Shown in pieces: positions 12,691 to 28,039 of a DNA stretch of 64,000 nucleotides; within the stretch, counting starts at the first letter, position 1; every line of letters starts with the position of its first letter. Origin of the DNA: Curvularia clavata (taxonomy: Eukaryota); assembly GCA_023920165.1 (NCBI GenBank), contig CP089281.1:1922001-1986000 (forward strand). Reading direction: 5' to 3'. A program made the translations under genes and the position numbers. The notes below the pieces were generated by a model, which made no database searches, was not told the origin of the DNA, and was given only the letters and a program-made list of their open reading frames with translations.

Positions 12691-13113
12691 ATGATGGCCG
12701 CCGCGCCCTACGAGATACGAACCGGCGGCGACGGCAAGACCAAGAAGCAGAGCATGGCCGAGCTCAAGCTGCGACGCCTCACCGAACTGAACCAGCGCCT
12801 GCGCGAGGACCTGGAGCGACGCAGGATACCCGTTTCCGAGGCTGCTCTTGAGTATGTTGTCCGATAGATTAGGGGGACGAGGCAGTCGCGCGACAAGGCA
12901 GCTAACAAGGCATTGCAGTCTCATTGCATTCACGGACAAGGAGCCCAAGGACTGGATGGTGCCCTCGCGATGGGGAACAGTAAGTGGGCGCGCGTTTGAT
13001 TGCGCACTTTCCCCGTGTTTGTTTGGCGAGATGCTAATGCGAGGATGCAGATTGACAAGCGCGACGACCCGTACGCGCCCCAGCAGAGCAACGGCTGCTG
13101 TGCCGTCATGTAA
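12691..13113 (+). CDS. STE18: Heterotrimeric G-protein gamma subunit
   Basis: Three exons: MMAAAPYEIR...KKQSMAELKLRRLTELNQRLREDLERRRIPVSEAALD|LIAFTDKEPKDWMVPSRWGT|IDKRDDPYAPQQSNGCCAVM*, ending in a CCaaX prenylation box. An alternative upstream ATG is at 12673. Confidence 0.95.
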
Positions 13114-14679
13114 ACAACGAGCAAGATGCAAATGGGTCATGTCCATTCACGGCGTTTCTGCGGGGTCGGTCGGGCTACGGCAGAGTGATTTTCTTTTCCC
13201 ATGTTTTGGAGAAGGTCGATAATACCCAAAGGAACCCGCCAACGTGTTGTCGCATTGGCCTGGCAAGCACAACAACTGTCGGACGGGTCTCTCATGTTCA
13301 TTTCACCCCATGTGTAAATTAGGCTTGGATGCGGAGCTCGCTGCTGGCTGCTGGCTGCGGAGGGTCGGACACGGCAGTGCAGCGCAGCGTAGCGTCTGTT
13401 CGCTTTCTTTTTCTTTTTTTCCAACTTCTCATCGGCCACGCTGGCTAGCTAGGGGGGAATCTTTTTTATTTTATTTTTCTTATATCACGAGATGAGAGCG
13501 CTCGCGTAATTACAAGTTTGGCCGGTGGAGCTTTTTAGTCTTGTTATGAAATGCAATTGCAGTGTGCCCAATTGTTTTGATACTGGACCGCAGAGGTTGC
13601 AAATTGGCGCGCCAAAGTTGCCCAAAGGGGCAGGTGGATGAGGTTGCGCTTGCCCGAGAGATTAACAGGGCGCGCCCTCTTGTTGCCCACTGCATTACCC
13701 TAACCCTGCGCTACCAGAGACACAGCCGAGCCGGGCGGCACACAACCAACCACGGTCGCATTGGGCCTACGTACCACGCACGCAGACTGGACAAGGACCA
13801 AGAGCATCGGTGCGGGCGCAGACAAGCCTCGCTGGACCGACCGAACGTGCCTTGATTATTACACCCATGCTTGCTGCAGCTGCACATGCACATTACCGCT
13901 ATGGGTGCCAGCGCCGCGGAGCAGCTGGCGCCAGGCGGCGCGCTATTGGCCAGCTCATCCCGCGCGTCGAGATGGGCAGCGCACTGCAAATGGCCAAAAT
14001 ACACATGCGGTGCTGCAGCAGCAACAAAAGCGTCCTGTTGCGAGTGGCCGAGTGAGACGAGACCCTGCAATCTATAATTGCATGTGTGCGCTCGCCATGG
14101 CCGCAGCGAGTCATTTCTGGCAGTCACGAACCACAACCACGAGCTCGCCAAACACGACAAAGCCCTCGACATAGTTGTAGTAAAACCCACCAGCACCCTC
14201 GTCAGGTGCGCGCGCCCTGTCTCTCGTCCTGCACCCTCGCCGCCGGCACATGGCGACGATAATAGGCTGACGTCGCCAGCCAGGTCGTCGCAGACCGGCC
14301 TTTGCTGGCCATGACCCACGCCCAAGTCGACATGCGCGCGCGGAACATGCCCCCCATTTTATCAAATTCCCGTGGGGGTCCCTCTCCACCCGGCCTCTTC
14401 TCGTCCACCCTCGCCGGCCACGACAGGTAGACCGACCTCAGACCTGTTCCTGTTCCTGACCCTGTCCCTAGCCCAACACCTGCTCCAGCTAGAGTCCAAG
14501 AGGCCGTGTGCCTTGCTCCCACGACGGCACCAACAACGTACGCCGGCGGCCCTCGACAAGCGGCACATGCTGCTAACGTGTAGGCGCAACCATCCCGGTC
14601 CCAGTTCCGCCCCAGCCCCACCCACCTGTCTTCGCAACACCAAATTTCTCCCTTCTCTCTGCTCCTGCGCGCAGACGAC

Positions 14680-16830
14680 ATGAACAATCCGGCTGCGCAG
14701 TCCTGGACGGCACCAGAGCAGTACACCATGGACACCTCCACCGACAACTTTGCTGGCGCAGAGTTCATCGACTTTGACAATCTCGATCTTGACTTCAATA
14801 TGGACGGGTACAACAGTCACGGACCCGCCTCGACTGGGAACCAACTCGCCGATCTGACCGACTCACTCAACGTCCACCACCTCCAGAACCAGTTTCCCCC
14901 GCAGCTTGCCCCAGACTATCCCAATGGCTCCAACGGTCCCCAGGAAGCTCACAATGTCGATGCTCATCATGGCCTATCCCACTCGGCCAACAACTTCTTC
15001 GACTATGCCATGTCCCAGCACTCTCAGCCTAACACGCCAGCCTTCTCCCAACCGCCAGACCAACTATATCGCCCACACCAGCGTGTTCCCCCGACACCAA
15101 ACAGCACAGAGTTGCACGGTGACCCCGGCCGCTATCTCCACCACCAAGTCGAGTCGCATCAAGCCATCTTCGACCAGCGCTATCACATGCCCAAGGATGA
15201 CACAGTATGTTAGACCTGGGAAATGCCATCTCTGACCTTGTGCGACTGACGCTATACAGACATTTACTCCACTCGTCTCACCTGCCGTCACACCGCATGA
15301 TGCGAGATTCCAGATCCCGGACTTCAACATGGGTGGCTCCTACTTCAGCCCTCTCACTTCTCCCGCCTTGACGGCTCAGAGTCACCAACATGCACACCAA
15401 CCATCGCAAACCACAACCTCGGGAAGCTCCACAGGCCATTCACCCATTGACGTCGACATGGACATGCTGGGGGAACCTGCCATGGGCACACAGGAACAGG
15501 CGAGAAGGACCCGGAGGGCCTCGACCAAAAGAACTATGCCACGCGCCAGCGCCAGCACCCGCGTACGCCAGTCTCCTATTGTCAAACCAAACAGGCGGAA
15601 AGCGACCGTTTCCTCACTGATTCCGCCAAAGGATGTCACTGACCTCATGCAAGAGGCGCGCTCGCAACGTCCATTCTCAAATGGCCTGGATGCACCCCGC
15701 ACTCGCGAAAGTTCAGAGACGGATTCCATCTCACCTGAGCCCATGTTGTCAGAAATGCGCCCGCCGCCCAAGCCTGGCTCTTGCACAGCTTCGCCTGCCG
15801 TCCTGGCCCAGCGCAGCAGCCAAAGCAGCACTCCAGCGACTCCAGCCTCGCTCATGCGCATACAGCCATCACCTGACTTCAACGGATCGGAGCAGGCTCT
15901 ACCAGTACTGGACGATCTTACCCTGCCCGAGGCCTCTCTTGACAGACCAAGCCTGTCAAGGTCAGACACGGCAATTCGCGATGCTGACGCTGATACGCCT
16001 CGCTTATCTGCGCGAAAGACACCGAAACTGAACCCTCTAAGCACACCTGGTGCATCCATGTCGAGTCGACCAAGCCCCATGCTCGATGCCATGTCTACTC
16101 CAACAAGTCCAGCTTTCTCCATGACTTCCAGCAAGAAAGACACAAAGCTGTCTCGCAACCCCAAGAAGCGGAACAGCGTCAGCTCGCACCTTGTCAGCCC
16201 TGCTTTGATGCCCAAAATCTCTCCGAGCATAAAGCCTCTATTGCCAGACGGCGGTGGTGGTAAGCATACCACTGACATTGACCAAGAATTTTGAACTGAC
16301 ATTCAGTAGGTTCTACTGACAACACCCATGCTCTCCTGCTTGCGTCCAAGTCAAACTACCAAAACATTCTCGACGGTACTACTGTTCCTGGCGTGGTCTA
16401 CCCCACGTCTCTATCAACCAACCTCACTTCAAAACGTACCTCGCACAAGATTGCCGAGCAAGGTCGCCGAAACCGTATCAACACCGCTCTCCAGGAAATG
16501 CAAGCTCTCCTTCCCTCGCCACGCTTTGGTTCCACATCCGACGCCAAAAGCCCAGAGACGAGCGCACAAAATTCAAACAATTCAAAGGCAGCCAAGGTCG
16601 AAAGTGCGATTGAGTACATCAAGCAGTTGAAGCAGGAGGTGTCGGAGCGGGATGAACTGCTGAGCAAAAAAGACAATGAGATGGATGCTCTCAAGAAGGA
16701 GTTGGCTGAACTGAAGCGGAGTCGTTCGGAGAGCTCAGTACCGGAGGCAGCAACGGAAGCAGCAACAGAGGCAGCAACGCAGCCAAAGGCGGAACCGTCA
16801 CCCAGTCCAACGGACGGCAATGAGACTTGA
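14680..16830 (+). CDS. nuc-1: Phosphate-acquisition bHLH transcription factor (Pho4/NUC-1/PalcA-like)
   Basis: Three exons. Motifs FTPLVSPAVTP, YFSPLTSPAL, PKISPSIKPLLP, HALLLASKSNYQNILDG; bHLH KRTSHKIAEQGRRNRINTALQEM...SKAAKVESAIEYIKQL followed by a zipper. Confidence 0.9.
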
Positions 16831-17329
16831 AGAGACGCGGCACATGGATGAGATTTTGATCATTACACCTGATACCCACCCTGTTCTAGGGGAAAATACA
16901 TGGCACAAATCAGCTTGTGCTGTTTTTCCACCAGCAAATCGTTTGCGGTTTCCAGCTCTAGCTCTAGCAACAAGAGAGTCACCCAGCCACCACGCCCGTC
17001 TTGCTTGTCAAATTCTCGATCTGGACACGTAGCAGATTCGCAACTAGGTTGCTATTGCGTTAGCAACGCAGGCTTACATGTTTTTTTTTCATGTCAGCTT
17101 CATTGATGGAAACTACCTAATGTAGCCGGAACTTCTTCTTGGGGACAAGAACAGAGCTTGGGAATATACGATTGATGTGCCACGCTTGTACTGCAAACGA
17201 ACGCATACTAATTTCTCTGAATGAATGCTATAAATGATGCGCCATTGACCTCTCCTTTTTTTTCCCCCTTCTATTGGTTTTCGTCTTCTATCAGAAAGAG
17301 AGCCAACTGTTTATTCTTGTAGCTCCTAC

Positions 17330-17780
17330 ACTAGCTGTAATACTCATGTCTAATCTTATGGTAGAGAGGCAATAATAATTTTTTGGCAATCTATCAAAAG
17401 GAGTGATAGGTACTGCGTGTTCTGTGATCCAATTCCTTTCTCTTTAGTGTCGATTATTTGAAGAGGAAAAGTATGGATGATATTCCTCTTTGTAACATGC
17501 ATAACTAACTAGTTAACTGTAGCTTTCAGAATATTAATATTTTGTTATTCGTCTGATTTTTTAATCTTGGTGTTGCCCGAATAAGATGATGAGTTTTTAA
17601 TGATGAGAAATATTTTTGAGGAGAAAAAATATTAGTTGTTAGTTAGTTACAACTAGTTAAATTTAGTCTAAATAGAAAACAATTCTTCTACCTAGTGATA
17701 CCAAGGTATATTCATACATTTTCTGTTAATAAATAACTATAGAGTTTTTGAGTGGCTGTTTATAACATTTTATAGGCAAA
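17330..17780. other. AT-rich, TpA-rich tract, probably a RIP-degraded repeat relic
   Basis: Abrupt drop in GC against the flanks, runs such as taactaactagttaac and ttagttagttacaactagttaa, and no ORF through most of it. Confidence 0.45.
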
Positions 17781-18779
17781 CCTGCTTTCACAAGAAATGT
17801 TAATATCCATCTTTGGCCAAGACGAGACTGTCCCTCCAGACAAGCCTCGACGGATCTTCCCGCACGGTGGGGCCATCGGACATCGAGGACGATGCGAAGC
17901 GCACTAATAATATGCTGAGCGCACATGTTTTCCCTGTAGACGACGGGTCCAGGGGCCTGAAAAGGTGAATGTAGATCGGGCTCTGCAGATGCAGCACCAT
18001 CAATCTCATACAATACCCGGTATCGAAAGATGTGCTGCTAGACGGTCGCAAAGATGCTGAGATGTCAGATCTTGGCTACCTCGGCCGTCTTGTTTTGGTA
18101 GTAGTGGGGAACCCGGACGTGCACAGGCCGGCGGCAGCCTCACAAGCCATCACCGTCCTGTCTCTTTTTGCGTCGGACCTGGCATATTATTTGCCCAGAC
18201 AATCAAAACTTGTACTAGTGCGTTTGCGAATCACACCGTGCATAGTGAAATACGACATGACATGCTACATCTGCCATCTTCTCCTTGGGCAGACCTTGGA
18301 TAATTTCTTTCACCCCTTGGTAGCGACCAGCGCCCATGTACTCTTGGTGCACGCCACAGGGGAGGCAATCAAACTCAATAGCGACAACTATACACAACTG
18401 CCGCTGCCATTAAGAGCCCAACAACGGACCAACGGCGGTGTGGGGTATCGGTAATATGGGCTCCGAGTGATGTTATTGTTAGTGCCCGAAACATCCGTCC
18501 CAGCCTCCCTCGGATCGCCTCAATTCCTTGAAAACGAAGCCATCTTCCCGTGCGTGGTTTAGTTTTCGCGGCAGTTGTTCGCGCCTCTTCTGCTTCACGC
18601 TATCAAACCGTGCGCGGGGTCGAGCTGTAATGACGCTGTCTGTACCCATGCTACATCATCCATGCTACATGTTTCCCCGCATTCCCAGAACCTGGTCGTT
18701 TTTTCTCTGGTTAAATACATAGGTACCTACCAGGTCTGCATATCGTTATGTAGTTCTGTCAATTCAAACCGGTCCAGCC

Positions 18780-20921
<2,142 letters not shown>

Positions 20922-21946
20922 GTCTTGCATTCCACTCAGTGTGTGTGTGTGCCAGGATTGGAGGAATCGGATAATAATAATGTGGTGAAATTCAAAAGGG
21001 GTCGGGTAGAGTGAGCTTGTTCACCATGTTGTATTGAGTCTCGAATCTCTACATGGTCCTGAGAATCAAGAGTTTGCCGGTAATTTACACAAAACTCTCA
21101 CCGACCATTGTGCAAAAAGTCGACGTTAAAATCACTACATCACATACAAACTCATTTCAAGCCAAGGTTTTCGCAAAAACATATATTTCTAAAGCAAAGC
21201 AAAACAAACGAATAAAACCACCATCACTATACTTCCACCCGGCCCCTCCCCATCTCCGAGCGCAACGGTAGCAAGCTAGATCTCCTTCTTCCCCGTCACC
21301 GGAAGCCGTCTTCTAGCCGCCCACGTATTGCATCCCTTCGAATCTACCATACCAGCCAAGCTTCAGCCATAATTTCTTCCGAGTGATACAATTTAGCTTC
21401 GTCCCCTTTGTTAAGCTTTACCTCCCCACAAGCTGGCAGCCAAATCCGAAGGGGGGAAACGCAAGGAAATGTACTTCAAAACAACCATATAAAGGACAAG
21501 GGGGCAGGGGGGGAGATGATTAATGCGAGGTGAAAATCAAACAAACATGAGTGATCAGCCCAGAGAGCAGCCCAGTGACGCTAGCTTCGCAACGGGTTTC
21601 GCATGATTTCTTGCCTCCAGTCGGGCAAGAACCGTTGAAACATGTCCGTTTGCGAATTAAAATGCTGTGCCAATTTGAGATGACGTATGGGTCAAGCCCT
21701 CCAGAGATATGAGATGATTGACAGGAACCCGTGACCATAGCAGGTGTGAGACATCAAGTGCCGCCCTAGGTCCGTATCAGGTTCTTGACGAATGTGTCCC
21801 ATGGACTGATCAATGAGCGACGCCGTCCACAATGTTGCCAGGACGGCGGTGCCGCATTTCCCATTCGTTGAACGCGCGAAGCCAAATCCAAAAGAAGTGG
21901 CCCCTCGCAAAGAGTTGAGATGACGAATCGAAAGCCGCATCAAGAA

Positions 21947-23398
21947 TCAGTAACCGGAAGCATACTGGTCCCCGCCACGCTTATTGGCCGAACGAAGCTG
22001 CCTGAAAGAAAGAACAAGGTTAGTAAGGTCTGCATCTGCCATTTCCCCCCACGCTAAGCGTTATCACACCAAACGCAAAGGAGAGGGGTCCCTTACGAGG
22101 ATCAGATATATCGAACTCACATTCCGGTGCCCTCCTGGCGTGCGTTGACCGGTCCGCGCTTGGTGCCAGCAGCGGTGCCGGCGTTGGCAGCAGCCGTGGT
22201 TGTGACGTGGCGTCCGCGACCCTTGTCGTCTTCATCGCCCTGGCCCTGGTTGGCGGCCTGGGCGATGGCTTGGGCGTTCTTCTGGTACTTGTAGACAGTC
22301 CAGTCGAAGACGTAGTCGTACTGGAAGCCCTCACGAACAAAGAGATCGCGGAAGATCTTGCGGAGGTACGAGTAGTCCGGCTTGTCGTCAAAACGCAGAG
22401 AGCGGGTGTAGTTGAGGTAGATGGCGAACTCGTTGGGGAAGCCACGGCAGAGGACCTCGGTGGGTGTGGTCATCTTCTTTTCCATGATGCGGTCGTATTT
22501 CTGCTTCTTGGTGGCCGCCTTAAGACCCTGCCACGGAAGGGAACCACGGCAGAAGTAGAGCATGACATAGCCAAGGGACTCCATGTCATCACGGCGAGAT
22601 TGTTCTGGTCATGTCAGCTGTGAAGGCCAAAATCGGGTCTATGTAAGGGATACGTACCGACACCCAAGTGAGTGTTAATACTGGCATAACGGGCGGTACC
22701 AGTCAAGTTCTTGTTCTCACGGTAAGGAATGTGGAAGTGAGTCTTTGGGTCACGGTACTTCTTGGCGAGACCAAAGTCGATGACGTTGACCTGGTTTCCA
22801 CGCTTGCCAATGCCCATGAGGAAGTTGTCGGGCTTGATGTCGCGGTGGATAAAGGACTTTGCGTGGATGTACTCGATGCGAGAGATGAGCTGATCGGCAA
22901 GCAGCAAGACCGTCTTGAGAGAGAACTTGCGGTTGCAGAAGTTGAAGAGATCCTCGAGTGAAGGGCCGAGCAGATCCAGGACCATGGCATTGTAGTCGCA
23001 CTCAGTTCCAAACCAGCGGACAAAGGGGATGCCGACACCGCCAGCGAGCGACTTGTAGACACGGGCCTCATACTCGAGCTGAGGATGCTTGGCCTTGACG
23101 CTCTCGAGCTTGATGGCAATCTCCTCGCCAGAGATGATGTTGGTACCTGTAGGGGTGGGTTAGCTCAGCTGAGCCGAGGCCGAGGCTGAGAGGGCGGCCT
23201 TTGTTACGCACCGAGATAGATGTCACCAAAACTGCCGCTGCCAATCTTGCGGCCGATTCTGTACTTGTTGCCGACGCGGAGATCCTGATGCTGTTAGCCT
23301 TGTGGTTTGCAGGAGCTGGGCTTGTCCGAGGGCATGACGATGGTGGTCATGACGAAAGGACGAAGCGGGGAGCGGCGGGAGCGTACCATTGTCGTCAT
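21947..23398 (-). CDS. hhp1: Casein kinase I (Hhp1/CK-1a/Hrr25 type)
   Basis: [29 protein letters not shown]|...[12 protein letters not shown]...DFGLAKKY...[29 protein letters not shown]... The last intron (22120-22002) gives the tail [18 protein letters not shown]; retention stops at 22117. Confidence 0.97.
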
Positions 23399-25279
23399 GA
23401 TGGAAGGAGGTTCAACCTGGAGGAGGTTGGCCTAGTGGTGAGGGTGAGGTGGTGGGTGGGCCGAGGGTGTCGACGATGGGGTGTGGTGGTGTTTTGAGGA
23501 TCAGCCTACTGTGAACGGACCGGTCAGTATGAGGCTTTTGCCTACAAAGGCGGTGAGTAAGCGGGGAGTGGGTAGCCGAGAAACGCTAGAAGACGCAGTC
23601 GAAGGCGGCGGCGACAAGGAGCAGGCCGAAGAGAGTGGAGAAGAAGGGAGCGAGGAAGAAGGGAGAGTGCAGGTGGTGCAGAGGCTTGTGGTGAGGGAAT
23701 CGAGGGCGGGCTTGGGTGCAGCGAGCGGAGCCGGGTTGATGAGCTGGGCAGGACTTACAATAGGGCGTGAATCAGCCCAACGGAAAACGGCAGCGCAGAG
23801 GCTGTGTGGGCGACGGCGAGATGGCGAGCGTCGGGGTGGATGAGAGAGAGAGAGGACGTGGTTGAGTGATGGGCGATGCACAGAGGCAGAAAGCCTGGCG
23901 GAACAAGCACCGGGCGGTTGTTTGTGCTGGCTGTGCTGTGAAAGCGCGGATGAAGAGAGAAGTGGAAGGTGCAACCACCGCATCGCACCTGCACTGCACT
24001 GCACCGCACCTGCTGGCACGGCGCCGGCTGCGGCTGGGCGGCGGCTGGCCTGGGCGCGCAGTCGTCACGTGGTCCGCTAGGTGGCGACGTCCTTCATCCT
24101 CGCCTGGCCCCCACTGCGCGTGCGGCGGTGCCCATCCATGGCATGGCTGTATCAGCCGCCGCCCGGAACCCATTGCTACCCAAAGCTTTCTTTTCTTCTA
24201 CATGCTCTCGTCGCCCTCGCCCAGCGTGTCGCCAGAACACCAGTTGCACGCTGCGTTTCAAGTGCCGCACACTGAGCCACCCGATGCTTCCACGCCGCCC
24301 CTTTATGCGTCATGCGCACTCCAGCAATAGCGCCATCATGACTTGCCCTGCCCATCGCCACTGTTACCAGACAAAACCCGCGCCCTGCCCGACATCTCCC
24401 ATGTATGGGCAAATCTGACGGCCCGAAGGAGGCTCGCTGCAGCTCGCTTCGCTTGCAATTCACATGTCTGCTCGGCAGGTACCGCTCAACCTTGCCTGTA
24501 TGTCATACTGTAAACTGGAGCATAGCACACGTACATGGCGCCCAGCACCTGCATGCTCACAATGATGCCATTGATCCCCTTTTCCTGCTCAAAACAGTGC
24601 AAATCAAGTTCTTATCGCTGTTTGGTACTCTAACCAGTCGGTTACCGAATCCAGACACACGCCTCGGCGAGGTGCATTACCCCGTGTACCCAGAGAAAAG
24701 TGCCGTTTGGGAACTGTCATCCGGCTGACTGGTTGTAACATCATCCCATTTCACACCGTATTTTAACTTTTCCTGGGCTAGCCAAATAGACGTGACCTAC
24801 ACCGTACATAATAATAGCAACTGATACTTACCAAAGGGCTTGGTCCTCGATTAGCACACACAATTCGTAAAGTGTCGTCCGAGTGTTGCCCTAGCAATTG
24901 CTCTTCTCTCCCAACGATCCAGACCTCTACTAATTCGTCCCAAGTCAGCAATACATTAGCTAATGTCAGCCAAACTATACTGCTGATTGTCTTTGAGCCA
25001 CTCATGGTCCGTGTCCCACGATAGACGCCTTTTGCAATGTTGAGCACAACTTGCTTTTCCTTACATAGAACCTGGCCCATTCCAAGCACGCACGTCATGA
25101 TCCACAAAGCAGGGGGACACGCTCAAGCTGGTTGTTGATCAGGGTCGATTGGACAAAATCTATGTGGCCGTCTCAGTGCGAGATTTCCATTCCTTTCCCA
25201 CCGCCGCGGTCTATTTTACATTGCCTCTGATAACATCCATATGCTCAAAACCCGCTTCCCGCGTCAAATGGCTTGAGGC

Positions 25280-25731
25280 TTAGTGGTTCGCCGACTGGTT
25301 CTTGACGGCGGGGTTTCGCGGGTCGTTCTTGTACTCATCGGCTGTGCCGTGTCAGCTTGCGATCAAGGAAAATTGGTCAACCTCGTGAGGTTTCCAGATA
25401 TAGGCTACGCACCCTGGGCCATGGCGTTCGCGGCAGAGTTGACTCCGTAGAGGATGACAAGGCCTGGTGATTTCCGTCAGTCCAGCGCTTCCCACATCCA
25501 TTCATTCTTCCATGCACTTCGCAAGCCGCCCACACTCCATCTCTTTCTTTGCTCCAAATCTCTGCTTTATGGGTGCATTGAGCCACGCAACGTACCGGAG
25601 ACGTAGAAAGGCCACATGGGCTTGGCTGTGATTCCTTTGTTAGCAATGGTTCGAGCTTCACAGTGTGCTATCAGTGCCATCCGAGGCGACATACCAACTT
25701 GCGCAGGGAACTTCCTTCCGAGAAGAGGCAT
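25280..25731 (-). CDS. ATP18: Mitochondrial ATP synthase subunit j (i/j)
   Basis: Four small exons: MPLLGRKFPAQV|AKPMWPFYVS|GLVILYGVNSAANAMAQ|(A/S)DEYKNDPRNPAVKNQSANH*, with the conserved P.WPF and NDPRNP motifs. Confidence 0.9.
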
Positions 25732-25981
25732 TTTGGCGTGCGTTGGAGGGGCAATGGGTTGATTGGCAGTTGCGATGAGGATGGGCGGTGATGGGGTTGA
25801 GCTGCGGGCGTTCGGCTTGCAGAACTTCGATATGCTTGGCATCGGCGCGGGTAAAGACCGACTCGTACTTGTAAACAGCACCTACACCAAGGGCGCCAGG
25901 GAACAACAACCCCGCAACCGACGACTTGGCCGATCGTTCTGAGCTCTCCACATTTGACTACAGAAACTTTAACCTTTTATC

Positions 25982-26569
25982 ATGGCCTCCCCGCTAGAAG
26001 GCTGCGTCGCCTCGCTGCGCAGTAGCATGCAACTACTTGATTCGTCAATCAACATACTGGACCACGGCGTCAGTGACTTTCCCCGCCTGGGAAAAGTACT
26101 ACAAACAACACGAGTACGTATCCTCTGCACTGTAGCTTTCTTTGCATGTTTGGAAGGCTGACATGTTGCGCAGCACTTTGAGCTCATCTCTGAATCCGAT
26201 CTCCAAGCCGCGCAATCAGGTCTCCTCTCAGAAATTCGCCCAGAAGTCGACAATCTTCTCAAGCGTGTAGAAAACTACGTGGACAAACTCGAGCGTCGCG
26301 AGCAATCCCTCATAGCCAAATGCGATCTGAATGACGGTCGACTTGGCCGAGACAACACGGACGGTTCCGGCTCAAGGCCCGCGACTAGGACTGCGCAGAG
26401 GAATGGAGGCAAGGCTATTAGTGCACAGCAGGAGCTGCGTTTCAAGGCGTTGAGAGCAAAGAAAGACAGACTCAGCTATGCTGTAGAGACACTGGAGCTT
26501 CAGGCGAAGCAACGAGAGAGACAGTTGCGAATGAGCATGGCAGCACCACAACAGTTGTATGACGATTGA
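25982..26569 (+). CDS. SPC19: DASH/Dam1 complex subunit Spc19
   Basis: MASPLEGCVASLRSSMQLLDSSINILDHGVSDFPRLGKVLQTTR|HFELISE...LERREQSLIAKCDL...KKDRLSYAVETLELQ; one intron. Confidence 0.92.
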
Positions 26570-26944
26570 GCTCGTATAGCCTCTTTCGCCTCGTTTTGGA
26601 TTCACCTTCCATGCAGTATATGCATGCAGAGGAACAGCATCATTGTCTTTAGAGAGGCGTTTTGGAATTGAGATACCCCCGCCGTACATGAATGGCATAC
26701 AATTTACATGGACTTTGACGGCCTTGAAATAAAATTTCAATTACTCTGCATTGTGAAATTTATTGATGCTTGCTCACGTCTTGTACAAGTTGAGATGGTG
26801 GGGAGCATACAACCAGTGATATCGCGCTAACCTTTTTGACGGTGCCTTATCGGCTAATCCCGAGAAGCGCAGAACTCGGCTTCGCAGAATCAACACCAGC
26901 TCCGGTAGACCAGCCATTGCATCTTCCCCACAACCCCGTCCATC

Positions 26945-27695
26945 ATGAGCGCCCTCCGTATCGCCAGAGCCGCCATCCGCGCAAGGCCCGCCGCCATTGC
27001 CCGCCCCATCCAGCGAAGGGGCTACGCCGAGGTCGCCAACGACAAGATCAAGCTCTCTCTAGCTCTTCCCCATCAGGTACGCAACACCACCAGTCATGTC
27101 TCATTTGCAGCCTGACTGTGAATGTACGGGCGCTTGAGAAACAAAGACTGACAGCAACCCGCAGTCCATCTACAAGTCCCAGGATGTGTATGTCCCGAAA
27201 TCCCGACCGATACCGCAAAACGATTACTCGATGACTGACTTGGCTTTCCGTACAGTGTCCAGGTCAACCTCCCCGCGGAGACCGGTGAGATGGGTGTTTT
27301 GGCCAACCACGTTGCTTCGATTGAGCAGCTGAAGCCTGGTCTGGTTGAGATCATTGAGGAGCAGGGCGGCAGCAAGCAGTTCTTCCTGTCTGGTGGTTTC
27401 GCCGTTGTCCAGCCAAACTCTGTTCTCAGCATCAACGCCGTCGAGGGCTACCCCATTGAGGACTTCAGCGCCGAGGTATGGACGGATACAGTGACGAGGG
27501 GAATTTGCGGCTGATATGGAAACAGGCTGTCAGGAACCAGATTGCGGAGGCACAGAAGATCGCCAGCGGAAACGGCAGCGAGGCGGACATTGCCGAGGCC
27601 AAGATTGAGCTCGAGGTATGTTTTGAAAGCATGGCCAAGGAAACGTTGCTGACAAGTTCAAGGTTCTCGAGAGCCTGCAGGCTGCGATGAAGTAA
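26945..27695 (+). CDS. ATP16: Mitochondrial ATP synthase F1 delta subunit
   Basis: Arg-rich presequence ...QRRGYAE, then KIKLSLALPHQ|SIYKSQDV|VQVNLPAETGEMGVLANHV...FFLSGGFAVVQPNS...|...EAKIELE|VLESLQAAMK*; five exons. Confidence 0.96.
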
Positions 27696-28039
27696 ACCTT
27701 GAAATAGCGTCCCTCAAGTACGGCATGGGTGGTATGTATAGTAGCTGATGCCGCGTGCTTCCTGTGCGCAAAGGATAGAAGGAACTCCAACGAGGCAACC
27801 ACAACATTCCAACTTCTTGCACTTTTGCTCTTTGCTCATGTTCTTTTCTTACCTGACGCAAGTGTACTCACCTCTGCACACAGCCCTACACCGCCTGTTC
27901 TATTCCTAGTTCCTATCATTTCATGCCCTTGCTCGAAATTTTGGTCAGCTCCTATCGCATCCCGCGGCATTCTCTGCTACGCACTTGACAGCGTCGTTCT
28001 ACTGGCGAGCACGGTGACAGACAATATTGGCAATCCTGC

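Noticed and set aside
12900..14670. Many overlapping GC-rich ORFs between G-gamma and the Pho4-like gene
   Set aside because: Typical GC-rich promoter and UTR noise; uORF function cannot be assessed without a transcription start site.
24066..24071. CACGTG (Pho4-type E-box) upstream of CK1, and another upstream of SNX3
   Set aside because: Isolated 6-mers occur many times by chance in 64 kb; no clustering.
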